Notes under the pieces: generated by a model
Database searches by the model: none
What the model was told of the DNA's origin: nothing
What the model saw: only the letters and a program-made list of their open reading frames with translations
Translations under genes and position numbers: made by a program
In this document: positions 1 through 9,444 of the stretch, piece after piece
Numbering within the stretch: position 1 is the first letter of the stretch
Layout: each line of letters opens with the position of its first letter
DNA from: a virus
Taxonomy: Duplodnaviria; Caudoviricetes
Virus record (IMG/VR): IMGVR_UViG_3300037258_000283
Span: 2,046 to 66,045 of that record
Direction: 5' to 3' (one strand)
DNA length: 64,000 nt

Positions 1-368
1 ACTTCGGGCGGGCTGACCAGCCGCGTGCGGCTGTGACGCTGCGCCTCACCCGGAACGGACGATGCTCCGATCTTGTGGAGTACGTACGCCCTGACGGCCG
101 TCTCCGTCTCCACGAACAGCCTCAGTTCGATCCAGCGGCACGCGGAGCACCGCTCCCGGCGCGCGGGGTCGGCGTACGGCCGTCCGGGGTGGTTGCTGTT
201 GTGGCCGGGGCGTCGCGACGTCGCGACACCGAGGAAGTAGCCCTCCACGTCGACCGCGCCGGAGGCGTCGTCCGGCAGCAGCCAGACTCCGTGTTCCCCG
301 ACGTCGTCCAGTCCGGGCAGTGCGGTCGTGCCGCCGGTGTCCACGGCTACGGCTCCGATGTTCGTCAT
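1..368 (-). CDS. hypothetical phage protein, runs off window edge
   Basis: Manual translation from ATG 368 with GGAGG RBS: MTNIGAVAVDTGG...CSACRWIELRLF...; open to position 1. Confidence 0.6.
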   Translation of the reverse strand, partial: MTNIGAVAVDTGGTTALPGLDDVGEHGVWLLPDDASGAVDVEGYFLGVATSRRPGHNSNHPGRPYADPARRERCSACRWIELRLFVETETAVRAYVLHKIGASSVPGEAQRHSRTRLVSPPE

Positions 369-488
369 GCGTTCCTCCGCTGATCCGGGGTCCGGGGATG
401 TCCCGGAGCGCACGCCTACCCAGGATAGGCGTGCGGGATGGGCACTCGTGCGTATGAGCGCAGGTGGGAGCGATCTTTTACCGTGGTT

Positions 489-974
489 TCACCCGGCGGA
501 CGGCCATTCGACCTTGTCCAGGTACGCGCGCTGTGCCTGCGGCACCGAGAACTCGGGTTCGCCGTAGTGGTCCAGCGCACACCAGCGCAGCCACGCGGCA
601 TCGGCCTGGTTGTCGTCCGTGAACTCGGTCCCGGACCGCTTGTACGCGGCCAGGATCATGGCGGCCTTGTCCGCGTTCCCCCGGCCGGTGGCGTACGCCT
701 TCAGCGTGGCCGGGCTGACGATCACGTACGGGATGCCCGCGTCCATCAGGGCCGTGCGCACGGCCCCGTGCACCATGGCGATGATCTGCCCGGTGTTTCC
801 GAGGAACCGGCCCATGCCCTCGATCACCGCCAGGTCCGCCACCGGCAGCGCCGCAACGATCTGCAGCAGCCGCCGGTCACCGTGCTTCGCGTTCGTCCTG
901 ATCGTGCAGGTGGTGCCGTCCGGCAGTGCGACACCGGTAGCGGTCAGAGACAGGTCAAGTCCAGCAATCTTCAT
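489..974 (-). CDS. ruvC: RuvC-like Holliday junction resolvase
   Basis: IAGLDLSLTATGVA, AVIEG, PATLKAYATGRGNADKAAM and DDNQADA motifs. Confidence 0.88.
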   Translation of the reverse strand: MKIAGLDLSLTATGVALPDGTTCTIRTNAKHGDRRLLQIVAALPVADLAVIEGMGRFLGNTGQIIAMVHGAVRTALMDAGIPYVIVSPATLKAYATGRGNADKAAMILAAYKRSGTEFTDDNQADAAWLRWCALDHYGEPEFSVPQAQRAYLDKVEWPSAG

Positions 975-1021
975 GGTGCGGTTCCTCGTTCCTGGATCGT
1001 TTTCCGGGGCTGTTCAATCGA

Positions 1022-1258
1022 TCACGTGCTGTCGTACTCCGCGCAGAACCCGGCATGGACGACGAAGCTGTTCTTCGCCTCCCACAGTGACCGCAGACCG
1101 GCCGTCAGCTCCATGCCGTCGGCCAGGTTGTCGATCATCAGCTGCGCCAGGTCGTGGCACGGCCTGCTGACCTCCCGCAGATGCTCTGGCAGGTGCTCGT
1201 AGGCGAACATCGGCTCGAAGTGCCGCGTCTCGGGATGGCGGTCCGGTGCGATGATCAC
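1022..1258 (-). CDS. small conserved-type actinophage hypothetical protein
   Basis: FAYEHLPEHL...ELTAGLRSLWEAKNSFV pattern; part of an overlapping operon. Confidence 0.7.
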   Translation of the reverse strand: MIIAPDRHPETRHFEPMFAYEHLPEHLREVSRPCHDLAQLMIDNLADGMELTAGLRSLWEAKNSFVVHAGFCAEYDST

Positions 1259-1434
1259 AACGCCTCGATCCCGCGCTTCGCCTGCACCACGCGGTACCAG
1301 CGCCGCCGGTCGTGGACGATGTCCGCGATGTCCTCGCCGAAGTGCTCAAGGATCTGAGCGGCCGGGAACGGGTGCCGGCGCGCCACGTCCCGCGACTTCG
1401 CGCGCCGGGTGCGCCGGTCGGGTCGGTACTGCAT
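1255..1434 (-). CDS. hypothetical protein
   Basis: MQYRPDRR...; coupled to both neighbours. Confidence 0.5.
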   Translation of the reverse strand: MQYRPDRRTRRAKSRDVARRHPFPAAQILEHFGEDIADIVHDRRRWYRVVQAKRGIEAL

Positions 1435-1670
1435 CACGGCCTCCAGGTCCACAGACGGCCGTAGGGAGCGCCGGACAGGTCGTACACCGAGCTGGCGAAC
1501 GTGGCCGACGGGCACCACAGCGGCGGGTTCGAGCTGTCGCTGAGCACCCGGAGATTGACTGTGGTCTCCGACCATGCGCGCGTGACGATCGCCGGTGCCA
1601 GCACGGACCCGTTGTTCAGCGCCGGGTCCACCGAGCACAGCACGATGTCGCCGACCTTGACCGTGTCCAT
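1434..1670 (-). CDS. hypothetical protein
   Basis: MDTVKVGDIVL...PAIVTRAWSETTVNLRV...WTWRP; overlapping start/stop. Confidence 0.65.
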   Translation of the reverse strand: MDTVKVGDIVLCSVDPALNNGSVLAPAIVTRAWSETTVNLRVLSDSSNPPLWCPSATFASSVYDLSGAPYGRLWTWRP

Positions 1671-2596
1671 CAGCTCAGACCGCCCGCCGTGGCCGCAGCC
1701 TTGATTTCGTTGTAGAACGTCTGAGCGTCGATCACGCCCGGCACCGGCACCGGCGGCACGGGCACCGGTGTGGGCGTGGGCGGTGCCGGCACGGCCGCGT
1801 ACACCGGTACGGTGACGTCGCCCTGCTGCGCACTGGCCAGCAGCCACGTCATGTCGGCCACGGCCATGTAGCCGACCCCGTTGACGCCGAACCCGGTCGT
1901 GCCCCAGCTGTTCGGGATCGTGTACAGGCCGGTGCCGGTGTCGAATCCGTCCACCTCCAGTTCGTGACCGCCCGCGACGCCGGACGACTGGTCCACGACG
2001 ATCAGACCGTTCGCGTCTGTCGTGAACATGCTGTTCAGCCACTCGATCCCGATGGCGACCGGGCCGGCCATCAGCGCGGAGTTGAGCGCGTCCATGGAGA
2101 ACGCGTGCGTGTAGCCGGTGACCAGGCCCAGCGCCTGGAGCGCCTTGAACACCGACGGTCCGTCGCTGCCGGTGTCGGTCGGCGGGTACTGGCCCGGGTA
2201 CGGGTCGATGTCCGTGGCCAGCTCGTAGAGGCTGACCGCGAACGCCTCGTTCAGGGTGTAGGTCTTCGCGGTGAAGTGGCCGTGGCTGGCCGCCGCGCCC
2301 GCCGCGCTGATCGTCACGGTGCCGGTCGCGGTACGTCCGGCGGAGTCAGTGCCGAGCACACCGGTGGCCGCGTTGCCGGTGCAGCTGCCCAGCTGGCCCT
2401 GGTCCAGGATCGGGATGCGGCGGGTCCACTGCACGGTGGTGATGGCCGATTTCGGCAGCACCGGGTGCGCGTAGTTCAGGTTGCGCGGGTCGTGGTTGAC
2501 GTGGCGACCGAGACGGCTGTCCGTCACTTCGTACTGATGGATCAGGTACTCGGCTTCGGCCACCACGTCGTGGTACAGCTCACGGAAGAGATTCAT
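1670..2596 (-). CDS. papain-like (C1 family) cysteine peptidase
   Basis: DQGQLGSCTGNA (Gln, catalytic Cys), GGHEL (His), NSWG (Asn); Pro-rich C-terminal tail. Confidence 0.85.
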   Translation of the reverse strand: MNLFRELYHDVVAEAEYLIHQYEVTDSRLGRHVNHDPRNLNYAHPVLPKSAITTVQWTRRIPILDQGQLGSCTGNAATGVLGTDSAGRTATGTVTISAAGAAASHGHFTAKTYTLNEAFAVSLYELATDIDPYPGQYPPTDTGSDGPSVFKALQALGLVTGYTHAFSMDALNSALMAGPVAIGIEWLNSMFTTDANGLIVVDQSSGVAGGHELEVDGFDTGTGLYTIPNSWGTTGFGVNGVGYMAVADMTWLLASAQQGDVTVPVYAAVPAPPTPTPVPVPPVPVPGVIDAQTFYNEIKAAATAGGLS

Positions 2597-2749
2597 GAGC
2601 GCAGGATACCCGCCTGCGCTGAACTGGTCCTGAACATCATCCGATCGTCCAGTCCGCGCACTTGCCGTAGAAGATCCGCATTACGATATGCGGCAATCCG
2701 AACCTGGTCCGCAGGCAGTACGGGCACACCAGCAGGTTCAGGAACAGGT

Positions 2750-2938
2750 TCACAGCCACGCGCCACGGCGGCCACGGTCCACGGCCCGGCGCGCCCTGCG
2801 CAGGGCGACGCGCAGCCTCCAGCGCTCGTACGCGGCCGTCATGCCGACGGCGTCCTCCCGCTGCCTCAGCAGCTCTTCCATGTGGTCGGCGTAGCTGCGG
2901 AGGTACGTCCGGTGAAACGCCTGCTGTTCAAGGTCCAT
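2750..2938 (-). CDS. hypothetical protein
   Basis: MDLEQQAFHR... with GAGG RBS. Confidence 0.5.
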   Translation of the reverse strand: MDLEQQAFHRTYLRSYADHMEELLRQREDAVGMTAAYERWRLRVALRRARRAVDRGRRGAWL

Positions 2939-3009
2939 TACCTGATCCTCTTCCGTTGTCCGGGGTTCCAGCCGGCAGTCCACGGTCCACGGCCCGGTGC
3001 ATCGATTGA

Positions 3010-3189
3010 TCACCGCGACCTACCCTCGATCATCTTCCGGGCAATAACGGTGACCTCTTCCGCGATCTCGTGCACCGTGTCCTGACCCAGTCTCTCGATC
3101 AGGTCGTCCGGTTCCCATCCGTTCAGCTCACCCATGAGGAGTAGTCCGGCCTGGTACCGGGCCTCACGTTTGATCTCCTGCCGGTTCAC
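3010..3189 (-). CDS. hypothetical protein
   Basis: Manual ORF VNRQEIKREARYQAG...; GTGA overlap with the upstream gene. Confidence 0.5.
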   Translation of the reverse strand: MNRQEIKREARYQAGLLLMGELNGWEPDDLIERLGQDTVHEIAEEVTVIARKMIEGRSR

Positions 3190-3563
3190 CGCTTCGCCTC
3201 CGGCGCCATGCCCAGCGCGGTCCAGCCGACTCGGACCAGGCGGTCCAGCTCCGCCTTCGCCGCGCCGTCGGCCTTCGCGCGACGGTACACGGCCCGCGCG
3301 CCGTCGTGCGTAGTGACGGACCGCATGGCCTGGACGACGGGACCGGCGTCCTGTGCCAGCCCGGTGAGCGGCTTCACGGGTCCGGCGTAGCCGTCGCGCC
3401 CGAAACCCTCCACGCGGCCGTCTGCGGGCCGTCGGCCGGGAGCGGCGGCCGGCAGCTCCACCCAGTCCCCGACCGCCACGGACAGGCCGTCAGGCACCGC
3501 GTAGGCGTACGTGCGCGGCGAGCCGGTGATGCGGACCTGGACGACTGTTTCTTCACTGCTCAT
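3186..3563 (-). CDS. hypothetical protein
   Basis: ORF with RBS; RTYAYAVP...VAVGDWVELP N-terminal pattern. Confidence 0.6.
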   Translation of the reverse strand: MSSEETVVQVRITGSPRTYAYAVPDGLSVAVGDWVELPAAAPGRRPADGRVEGFGRDGYAGPVKPLTGLAQDAGPVVQAMRSVTTHDGARAVYRRAKADGAAKAELDRLVRVGWTALGMAPEAKR

Positions 3564-3596
3564 TGTCCTGGTTCCTCCGTCTTTGTCGTTGATCGG

Positions 3597-5342
3597 TTAC
3601 TTGGCTGAGATCTCGCCCCAGGTAGCGCCCGGCTTCGAGACGTCGCACAGGATCGGCACCCCGCGCCATTCGGTGGTGAACGCCTCCTTCAGCATGGCGC
3701 GCACGTCCTCCGCGTCGCCCTGCGGCACCGACATGATCACTTCGTCGTGCACCTGCGCGCGGAGCGAGGACCAGAGTTCCTGCGGGATGCGCAGCAGCGC
3801 ATCGCACATCAGGTCCCGCGCCGTGCCCTGGCCCATCAGCGCCGGTGCCTGGGTGTAGGCGCGCTCCGGCTCGCACCGCATCTTGCGGCCGAACCCGTTG
3901 TCCAGCAGTTCGCCGCGCTCCCCGGTGTCGCGGACTTCCTGGGTCCACGCCGTCTTGCGCGGGAACATCCGCGCCATGCCGTCGAAGAACGCGTTCACCA
4001 GGGCCGGCTCATGCCCGTCAGCGATCATCCGCTTGCGGCCCATGCCGTAGTTGGCCCCGTGACCGAGCGGCTTGGCGCGCTCCCGGTAACTGGCATCGCC
4101 GAAGATCTGCACGGCCAGCTCCGTGTGGACGTCGCGGCCGGGTTCGAACATGGCCATGTACGCCGGGTCCTGGCAGTGCGCCGCCACGCCGCGCATGTCC
4201 ACCTGGGACAGGTCGCAGGACAGCAGCACGTGACCGGGCTCCGGGAGGAAGATCTCACGTTCCCGGTGCCGGCCGCCGCGCTTGCCGAACACGGTCAGGC
4301 CGGGGGCGGTCACCGACCAGCGGCCGGACGCCTGCCGCATGCTGATCTTCGCGTGCACCCGGTCGCCGGCCAGGTGGTTGGAGGCGGTCTGGTACACGGT
4401 CCGCGTCGTGGTGACGACCGCCAGCAGGTCCAGCAGCTCCCGCAGCTCCGCCGGGCAGCGCGGATGGCCGCTGATCACCTTGAGCGCTTCGGCCGCCGTG
4501 GACAGCTGCCTGACGCCCGACTTGCCGCCGTCCGTCAGCGGCGGCCGTCTCACGCCGTACCGCTCCCAGACGTCCGCCAGCCACGCCGCGCCCTCCTTCG
4601 TCGCCTGCGGACTGCTGAAGGGCTCCCAGACCGGTGCCTTGGCCGCGCCCCGGCCGCGCACCACGGAGCGCCCCAGCGGCAGCCCGAAGCGCGTGCTGAG
4701 CGCTTCCAGCGCCGCCGCCTTGCGCGCTTCACCCTCCGCGATCCGCACGGCCAGCAGCTCCTGGTCCACCCGGAAGCCGTTCAGCGTCATCTGACCGGCG
4801 AGCATCGCCAGCCGGTGCTCCCGCGCGCCGTACTCGGTCATCGGGTAGTGCGCGGCCACGGCCCGGGTCGCCCGGACGTCCGCCCTCAGGTACGCGACGT
4901 ACCGGGCGTCATCGGTGGGGATCATGTCGTACCCGCCGAACTCGTTCTTGAGCGCCCGCAGGCCGCCTTCGCCGGTGATCTTCCCGGTCACCCCCAGCTG
5001 CTGAGCGATCTCATCCAGCCCGTACCGGTCGATGCTGCCGCCGGTGTCCCGCGCCCGGGGCGGGTTGGCCAGCCGCGCCAGGATCTCCGTGTCCCGTGCC
5101 CTGCCGGCGAGAGCGGTCCAGTCCGCGCCGTGGTGGTAGGCCAGGGCCAGCAGGTCGAAACCCATGATGTTGTGGCCCACGATCTCATCCGCCCGGCCCA
5201 GGTAGCCGATCAGCTGGCCGGGGTCGGTGGTGACGCCCACCTCCCCGTCGGCCGCCGCGCCGCACAGCCGCACGAAGTCGGACCGGTGGAACAGGTCGTC
5301 ACCGCTGGCCGTCTCGATATCGAAGTACCGCGTCCCGCTCAT
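3597..5342 (-). CDS. polA: DNA polymerase, family A, with 3'-5' exonuclease
   Basis: Exo I YFDIET, Exo II GHNIMGFD, motif A DLSQVDMR, motif B RERAKPLGHGANYG, motif C VHDE. Confidence 0.93.
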   Translation of the reverse strand: MSGTRYFDIETASGDDLFHRSDFVRLCGAAADGEVGVTTDPGQLIGYLGRADEIVGHNIMGFDLLALAYHHGADWTALAGRARDTEILARLANPPRARDTGGSIDRYGLDEIAQQLGVTGKITGEGGLRALKNEFGGYDMIPTDDARYVAYLRADVRATRAVAAHYPMTEYGAREHRLAMLAGQMTLNGFRVDQELLAVRIAEGEARKAAALEALSTRFGLPLGRSVVRGRGAAKAPVWEPFSSPQATKEGAAWLADVWERYGVRRPPLTDGGKSGVRQLSTAAEALKVISGHPRCPAELRELLDLLAVVTTTRTVYQTASNHLAGDRVHAKISMRQASGRWSVTAPGLTVFGKRGGRHREREIFLPEPGHVLLSCDLSQVDMRGVAAHCQDPAYMAMFEPGRDVHTELAVQIFGDASYRERAKPLGHGANYGMGRKRMIADGHEPALVNAFFDGMARMFPRKTAWTQEVRDTGERGELLDNGFGRKMRCEPERAYTQAPALMGQGTARDLMCDALLRIPQELWSSLRAQVHDEVIMSVPQGDAEDVRAMLKEAFTTEWRGVPILCDVSKPGATWGEISAK

Positions 5343-5363
5343 GATCGGTTCCTCATTCCGGGG

Positions 5364-7583
5364 TCAGTCGTGCCACGGGAAGTCGTCACAGCGAGTGACG
5401 ACGGGCGACGCCACCCGCGCCGGGGGTCCGAACGGATCGTCCGGCATTATGTCCGTTTTGGGGTCAGGCAGGGCAGGCAGATCAGGCAGAGCTGGACCTA
5501 CCCTCCCCATATCCTTATTTCTAGCCCCATCTGACCTCTCACCTGCTTTTATTTCCCCGACCGGTATGGGGAGGGATTTTATATATGGGCAGGGTAGCTC
5601 CAACTCTGCCTGCTCTGCCTGCCGATCAAGGCCCGATTCTTCCCAGTCCGCCATGATCCTTACGTTCACGGCACGGGACTTCGTTGCCTCGTTGCGAACC
5701 TCCGTCACGCCATTGACGCTGGTCAGACGACCGATGAACTTCTGTCGGCCCATCGCTGACGCTTTCTGCTCCTCCGCCCAGGCAGAGAACGAGGCGTACA
5801 GTTCGATCTTGGAGGCAACTTTGCCTGCGGGCAGATACGAGCCTGCCTGCGCCGGGGTCACTTCGCACCGCTCCGAGAGCCACTGGCGGACCCTGTCGGA
5901 GCGCGTCTCGAAGGTCTGAAGCACCTCCGGTCGTGTCTCTGCGTAACCGCCCCGGGCATTCCGACGCCTCCAGGCGGCCACCCAGCGGACCAGGATGCCG
6001 GGCAGCTCCCCCATGATCGCGTCCTCCACCGCCGGGTCCTCGTGCCCCGCGAAGCTGTAGGGGAACTCGAACGGCTTGATCCGCTCCATGTACGCGCGGG
6101 ACGACTCGCCCACCGTCGGCAGCTCGTTCGCGCTGAAGGCGAACAGCGCCTGGTTGGTGAAGCTGAACTGGCCGCCGTACTTGCGGTCCGCCATGATCAG
6201 GTCTTCGCCGGTCAGCATCTTGAAGATCGACAGGTCTTCCACGTGCGCGCTGGACAGGTCGGCCGCCGCGTTCAGGATCTTGCCGTACACGTTGGCCGCC
6301 GCGAACCGGTTCCCCACCAGCTGGTGCAGGCTCACCGATGAGCAGTTCCCCAGTCCGGCCACGGCCTGGAGGATGCGCAGCAGGGTGGACTTCCCCGAGC
6401 GCGACGGCCCGAAGGCGAACAGTGCCTTGGCGGGCGTGCGTCCGGGGTCCAGCATCGTGGACACGACCTCTTCCAGGTCATCGACCTGTGCCGGGCACAC
6501 GGCCGCCAGCCAGGCTTCGTAGGCCGGGCACAGGGCCGCGCCGTCCCCCCAGCACACCGGCAGCTGGACCGAGGACAGGTGCTCAGGGCCGTGCGGCCCC
6601 AGCGTCCCGGTGGCCAGGTCCAGCATCCCGTCCGCCAGGTTCAGCAGCCCGGGAGCGCCGCGCTCGGGGAGCACCTTGCCGGCCCGGTGCAGGATGCCGA
6701 ACATCACTTCCTCGATCGCGGCCCGGGACGCCGGCCGGTGCTGTTCCTCCAGCAGCGCGGACGTGGCCGTGATCATGGCCGATCCGTCGATCCGGTACAC
6801 GCCGTCCTGGTACAGAGCGATCTTCCGCTCCGCCGTGATGGCCGCCGGCTGCTTCGCCAGGATCGCCTTCGCGGCCTTCAGTGCCAGCAGCGACCCCTTC
6901 TCGAAGTACGGGCTGGAGGACGTGCGCGAGGGTGCCTTGGGCCACACCGTGGACGCCTGGGTCAGCCAGCGGTCCAGGAACCGGCCGCGCTTCTCCTGCG
7001 GCAGCCGGGCCAGTTCGTCGTCCACCCCGCGCTTGCCCAGCGCGCTGGTGACCACCAGGTGCACGCTCCGCGCGCCGTTGCGCTCCAGCGCGTCCCGCAG
7101 GTCCGACAGGCCGTCGTAGACGTGCCGGTTGCTGGTCACGTCCCCGTCGAAGAGCAGGTAGACCTCACGTTCCTCCACCCAGTCCAGCGGCAGACCGGAC
7201 CAGGCCCAGCAGCCGGCCACGCCGTAGACCGCGTAGTGCTCCGGAGCGTGGCTCAGTACCGCGTACTGCTGCTTGGTCCCCTCCACGACCACCACCGGGC
7301 CGGCCGGATCGTCGTCGCGCAGCCGGTTGAACGGGAGCTGCGCGCCCTTCGGCGACTCGTACTTGATCGGCTCACCGTCCCTGCCCCGGCGCGGTACGTC
7401 GGGCCGCAGCTGGGGCACGCCGTCCTCCGCGCCCGGACCGCGCCACGGGAAGATGATCCCCGGCGGCCTGCCGCCGTTGCGGCTGCACACGCCACTCGCG
7501 TCCAGCACCTCCGGCGTGATCGCGAAGCGGAGCAGGTAGTCCCGGTGCTCAGGCAGCAGCGTGCCGTCGGCAGCCTCCGTCAT
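5364..7583 (-). CDS. DNA primase-helicase (TOPRIM-like plus D5/P4-type SF3 helicase)
   Basis: VVVEGTK...LFDGD TOPRIM-like; LLNLADGMLDL; Walker A GPSRSGKST; FKMLTGEDLI; FSANELP. Confidence 0.9.
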   Translation of the reverse strand: MTEAADGTLLPEHRDYLLRFAITPEVLDASGVCSRNGGRPPGIIFPWRGPGAEDGVPQLRPDVPRRGRDGEPIKYESPKGAQLPFNRLRDDDPAGPVVVVEGTKQQYAVLSHAPEHYAVYGVAGCWAWSGLPLDWVEEREVYLLFDGDVTSNRHVYDGLSDLRDALERNGARSVHLVVTSALGKRGVDDELARLPQEKRGRFLDRWLTQASTVWPKAPSRTSSSPYFEKGSLLALKAAKAILAKQPAAITAERKIALYQDGVYRIDGSAMITATSALLEEQHRPASRAAIEEVMFGILHRAGKVLPERGAPGLLNLADGMLDLATGTLGPHGPEHLSSVQLPVCWGDGAALCPAYEAWLAAVCPAQVDDLEEVVSTMLDPGRTPAKALFAFGPSRSGKSTLLRILQAVAGLGNCSSVSLHQLVGNRFAAANVYGKILNAAADLSSAHVEDLSIFKMLTGEDLIMADRKYGGQFSFTNQALFAFSANELPTVGESSRAYMERIKPFEFPYSFAGHEDPAVEDAIMGELPGILVRWVAAWRRRNARGGYAETRPEVLQTFETRSDRVRQWLSERCEVTPAQAGSYLPAGKVASKIELYASFSAWAEEQKASAMGRQKFIGRLTSVNGVTEVRNEATKSRAVNVRIMADWEESGLDRQAEQAELELPCPYIKSLPIPVGEIKAGERSDGARNKDMGRVGPALPDLPALPDPKTDIMPDDPFGPPARVASPVVTRCDDFPWHD
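5467..5622. repeat. GGCAG/CTGCC repeats flanking an AT-richer core (candidate origin)
   Basis: ggcagggcaggcagatcaggcag at ~5467-5490 and ctctgcctgctctgcctgcc at ~5603-5622, around ttatttct/tttatttcc/ttttatatat. Confidence 0.45.
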
Positions 7584-7642
7584 CGGTTCCTCGTTCCTCT
7601 GGTCATTGGGATGCGACTGTAGCGCGGATCTGCCTACTCTGC

Positions 7643-7873
7643 CTAGCCGGACTCCCCGAACTCGAACCGGGCGGAGCGGGCCGCGCCCGCCGCCGGATGG
7701 CGGGTGGTCGCCGCGTCCAGCTGGTCAGCACTGATCTCCACCCGCCGCGAGCCGCGCCGCTTGTACCGCGTCAGCGTCCCGTCCCTGAGCATGTTGTCGA
7801 TGGTCCTCACGTGGACGCCGGCCCGCTGTGCGGCCTGTTCCCGGGTGAGCCACCGTTCGGTGTCATGGGTCAT
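7643..7873 (-). CDS. helix-turn-helix DNA-binding protein (Xis/MerR-like)
   Basis: WLTREQAAQRAGVHVRTIDNMLRDGTLTRYK. Confidence 0.85.
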   Translation of the reverse strand: MTHDTERWLTREQAAQRAGVHVRTIDNMLRDGTLTRYKRRGSRRVEISADQLDAATTRHPAAGAARSARFEFGESG

Positions 7874-7891
7874 GGCCCGACGGTAGCACCG

Positions 7892-7927
7892 GTTGCAGTT
7901 ACGTGCAATGTGTTGCGATCACGTGCA
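7892..7927. promoter_or_regulatory. tandem operator-like repeats in the divergent control region
   Basis: GTTGCagttACGTGCA and GTTGCgatcACGTGCA, 20-bp period, between divergent genes. Confidence 0.55.
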
Positions 7928-7984
7928 GGAGTCCCGTAGCGTGGGGACCGCACCGACCGACCGACGACAGGAACGAGGAACCAC

Positions 7985-8305
7985 ATGAACGACTACGAGC
8001 GGACATGGTACGAGCTGACGGCACAGCTCCCGACTCAGGTCCTGAGCGGGTATTACGTGGCCGCGTTCGAAGCCGCTGTCCGTGCCGACCAGCGGGAGCA
8101 GGACGCCGCACTGGCGGAGCGCATCAGCTTCGCCGATGTCCCGAAGGCCGGTGAGTTCTTCGCGTACACGATCCGCAGTGGCACGGCCTGGCACGGCGCG
8201 GCCGACGGCGTGGACGTGGAGCCGGTCCGGGCGGACGGCCCGATGACCACGGAACAGATCGTGGACGCGGCCATGGGGCTGCTGTCCCGGCTGAAGGGAA
8301 ACTGA
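7985..8305 (+). CDS. hypothetical protein
   Basis: ATG preceded by AGGAACGAGGAACC. Confidence 0.7.
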   Translation: MNDYERTWYELTAQLPTQVLSGYYVAAFEAAVRADQREQDAALAERISFADVPKAGEFFAYTIRSGTAWHGAADGVDVEPVRADGPMTTEQIVDAAMGLLSRLKGN

Positions 8306-8307
8306 TC

Positions 8308-8553
8308 ATGACGTACGAGGACACCGTCCGCGCAGCCCTGCTGACGGATGACAGCCAGGTGTGCCGCTGCTGGCCGCACGGACCGGACGACCCGTGCCTG
8401 TGTGACGGCCGGTACGCCAGCGGCGCATCCGGCTGCTGCGCCGGGCACGAGCCCGGGTGCTGCTGCGACATCGGCTGGGACTGCGAACACGATGCCGGAC
8501 AGCGCGCCGCTGGTGCGAAGTTCTGGGCAGAGCTGAAGGAGGGCAGCCCGTGA
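8308..8553 (+). CDS. Cys-rich hypothetical protein
   Basis: CRCWPH...CLC...GCC...GCCC...WDCEH. Confidence 0.55.
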   Translation: MTYEDTVRAALLTDDSQVCRCWPHGPDDPCLCDGRYASGASGCCAGHEPGCCCDIGWDCEHDAGQRAAGAKFWAELKEGSP

Positions 8554-8765
8554 GCAGCGGCCTGGACGGGACGCTGACCGCGAAGGAGAACGCGTTCCGG
8601 CGCACGCTGTGGACCCGCGAAGAGGTGCTGGGCCTCCTGCTGCTCCAGCGCCGCGACGACGCGGCTGCGATCCGCGCGAACCCGTTCCCTCAGGTGGACT
8701 ACGGCCTGTACGAGCTGGGAGTCAAGGACTCCGCCGACCTGATCGACCCGGAGGTACGACGCTGA
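8550..8765 (+). CDS. hypothetical protein
   Basis: GTG start with GGAGG RBS, overlapping upstream stop. Confidence 0.55.
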   Translation: MSSGLDGTLTAKENAFRRTLWTREEVLGLLLLQRRDDAAAIRANPFPQVDYGLYELGVKDSADLIDPEVRR

Positions 8766-8971
8766 TGGATCACCTGGACACGGAGACCGCCGACCGGATC
8801 GAGGGCATCGTCACCCTGGCGATCACCGCCAAGGGTGCCGCCACACGTGCGGAGGTGGTCGCCGTGCTGGAGACACTGATCAATAACCCGTTCTTCGCCG
8901 ACCCGGCGGGCGGGTACCTCCGGGGACTCCGGGTCGCGGTCAGCGCGGTACGGCGGATGGGAGACAGCTGA
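8765..8971 (+). CDS. hypothetical protein
   Basis: MDHLDTE...; TGATG coupling. Confidence 0.55.
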   Translation: MDHLDTETADRIEGIVTLAITAKGAATRAEVVAVLETLINNPFFADPAGGYLRGLRVAVSAVRRMGDS

Positions 8972-9426
8972 TGGACGCCGACGATGTGGAGCGCTTGACC
9001 GGGCTGGAGCTGGAGCCGTACCAGCGGATGGTCATCAGCGACGCGGTGGTGTCGGTCGATGGCGTGGAGCTGCCCGATTACACCACCTGGGCGATCACGA
9101 CGACTGTGCCCGACTTCTGTGCACGGTTCTTCCAGAACAGCGGTCCGGATGTCCTGGGGTCGTACAGGGTCATTGACGAATGGATGGTCACCGGGCCGCC
9201 GGACGTGAAGGAGGCCGTCTGCGACACGCCTCCGGCGGATGCCCTGGAGGCCGTTCTGCGGGCCGGTGAGCCGCTGCCCCGGCAGACGGTCCACCTGCCA
9301 GTGGAACCGACGGAGGCCAACGGCTGGAACGCCTGGTGGTGCCCCGACTGCCGGACCGACTGTGCCGCGTCCGACCCCTGCGGCTGCTGCACCGGAAACG
9401 GTCCCGAAGACGCGATCCCTGACTGA
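8971..9426 (+). CDS. hypothetical protein with C-terminal Cys cluster
   Basis: WWCPDCRTDC...PCGCC. Confidence 0.6.
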   Translation: MDADDVERLTGLELEPYQRMVISDAVVSVDGVELPDYTTWAITTTVPDFCARFFQNSGPDVLGSYRVIDEWMVTGPPDVKEAVCDTPPADALEAVLRAGEPLPRQTVHLPVEPTEANGWNAWWCPDCRTDCAASDPCGCCTGNGPEDAIPD

Positions 9427-9444
9427 CCCAGGAACGAGGAACCG

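Noticed and set aside
7643-7873. Excisionase implying an integration module
   Set aside because: No tyrosine or serine integrase or att site is recognisable in the window; kept only as an HTH protein.
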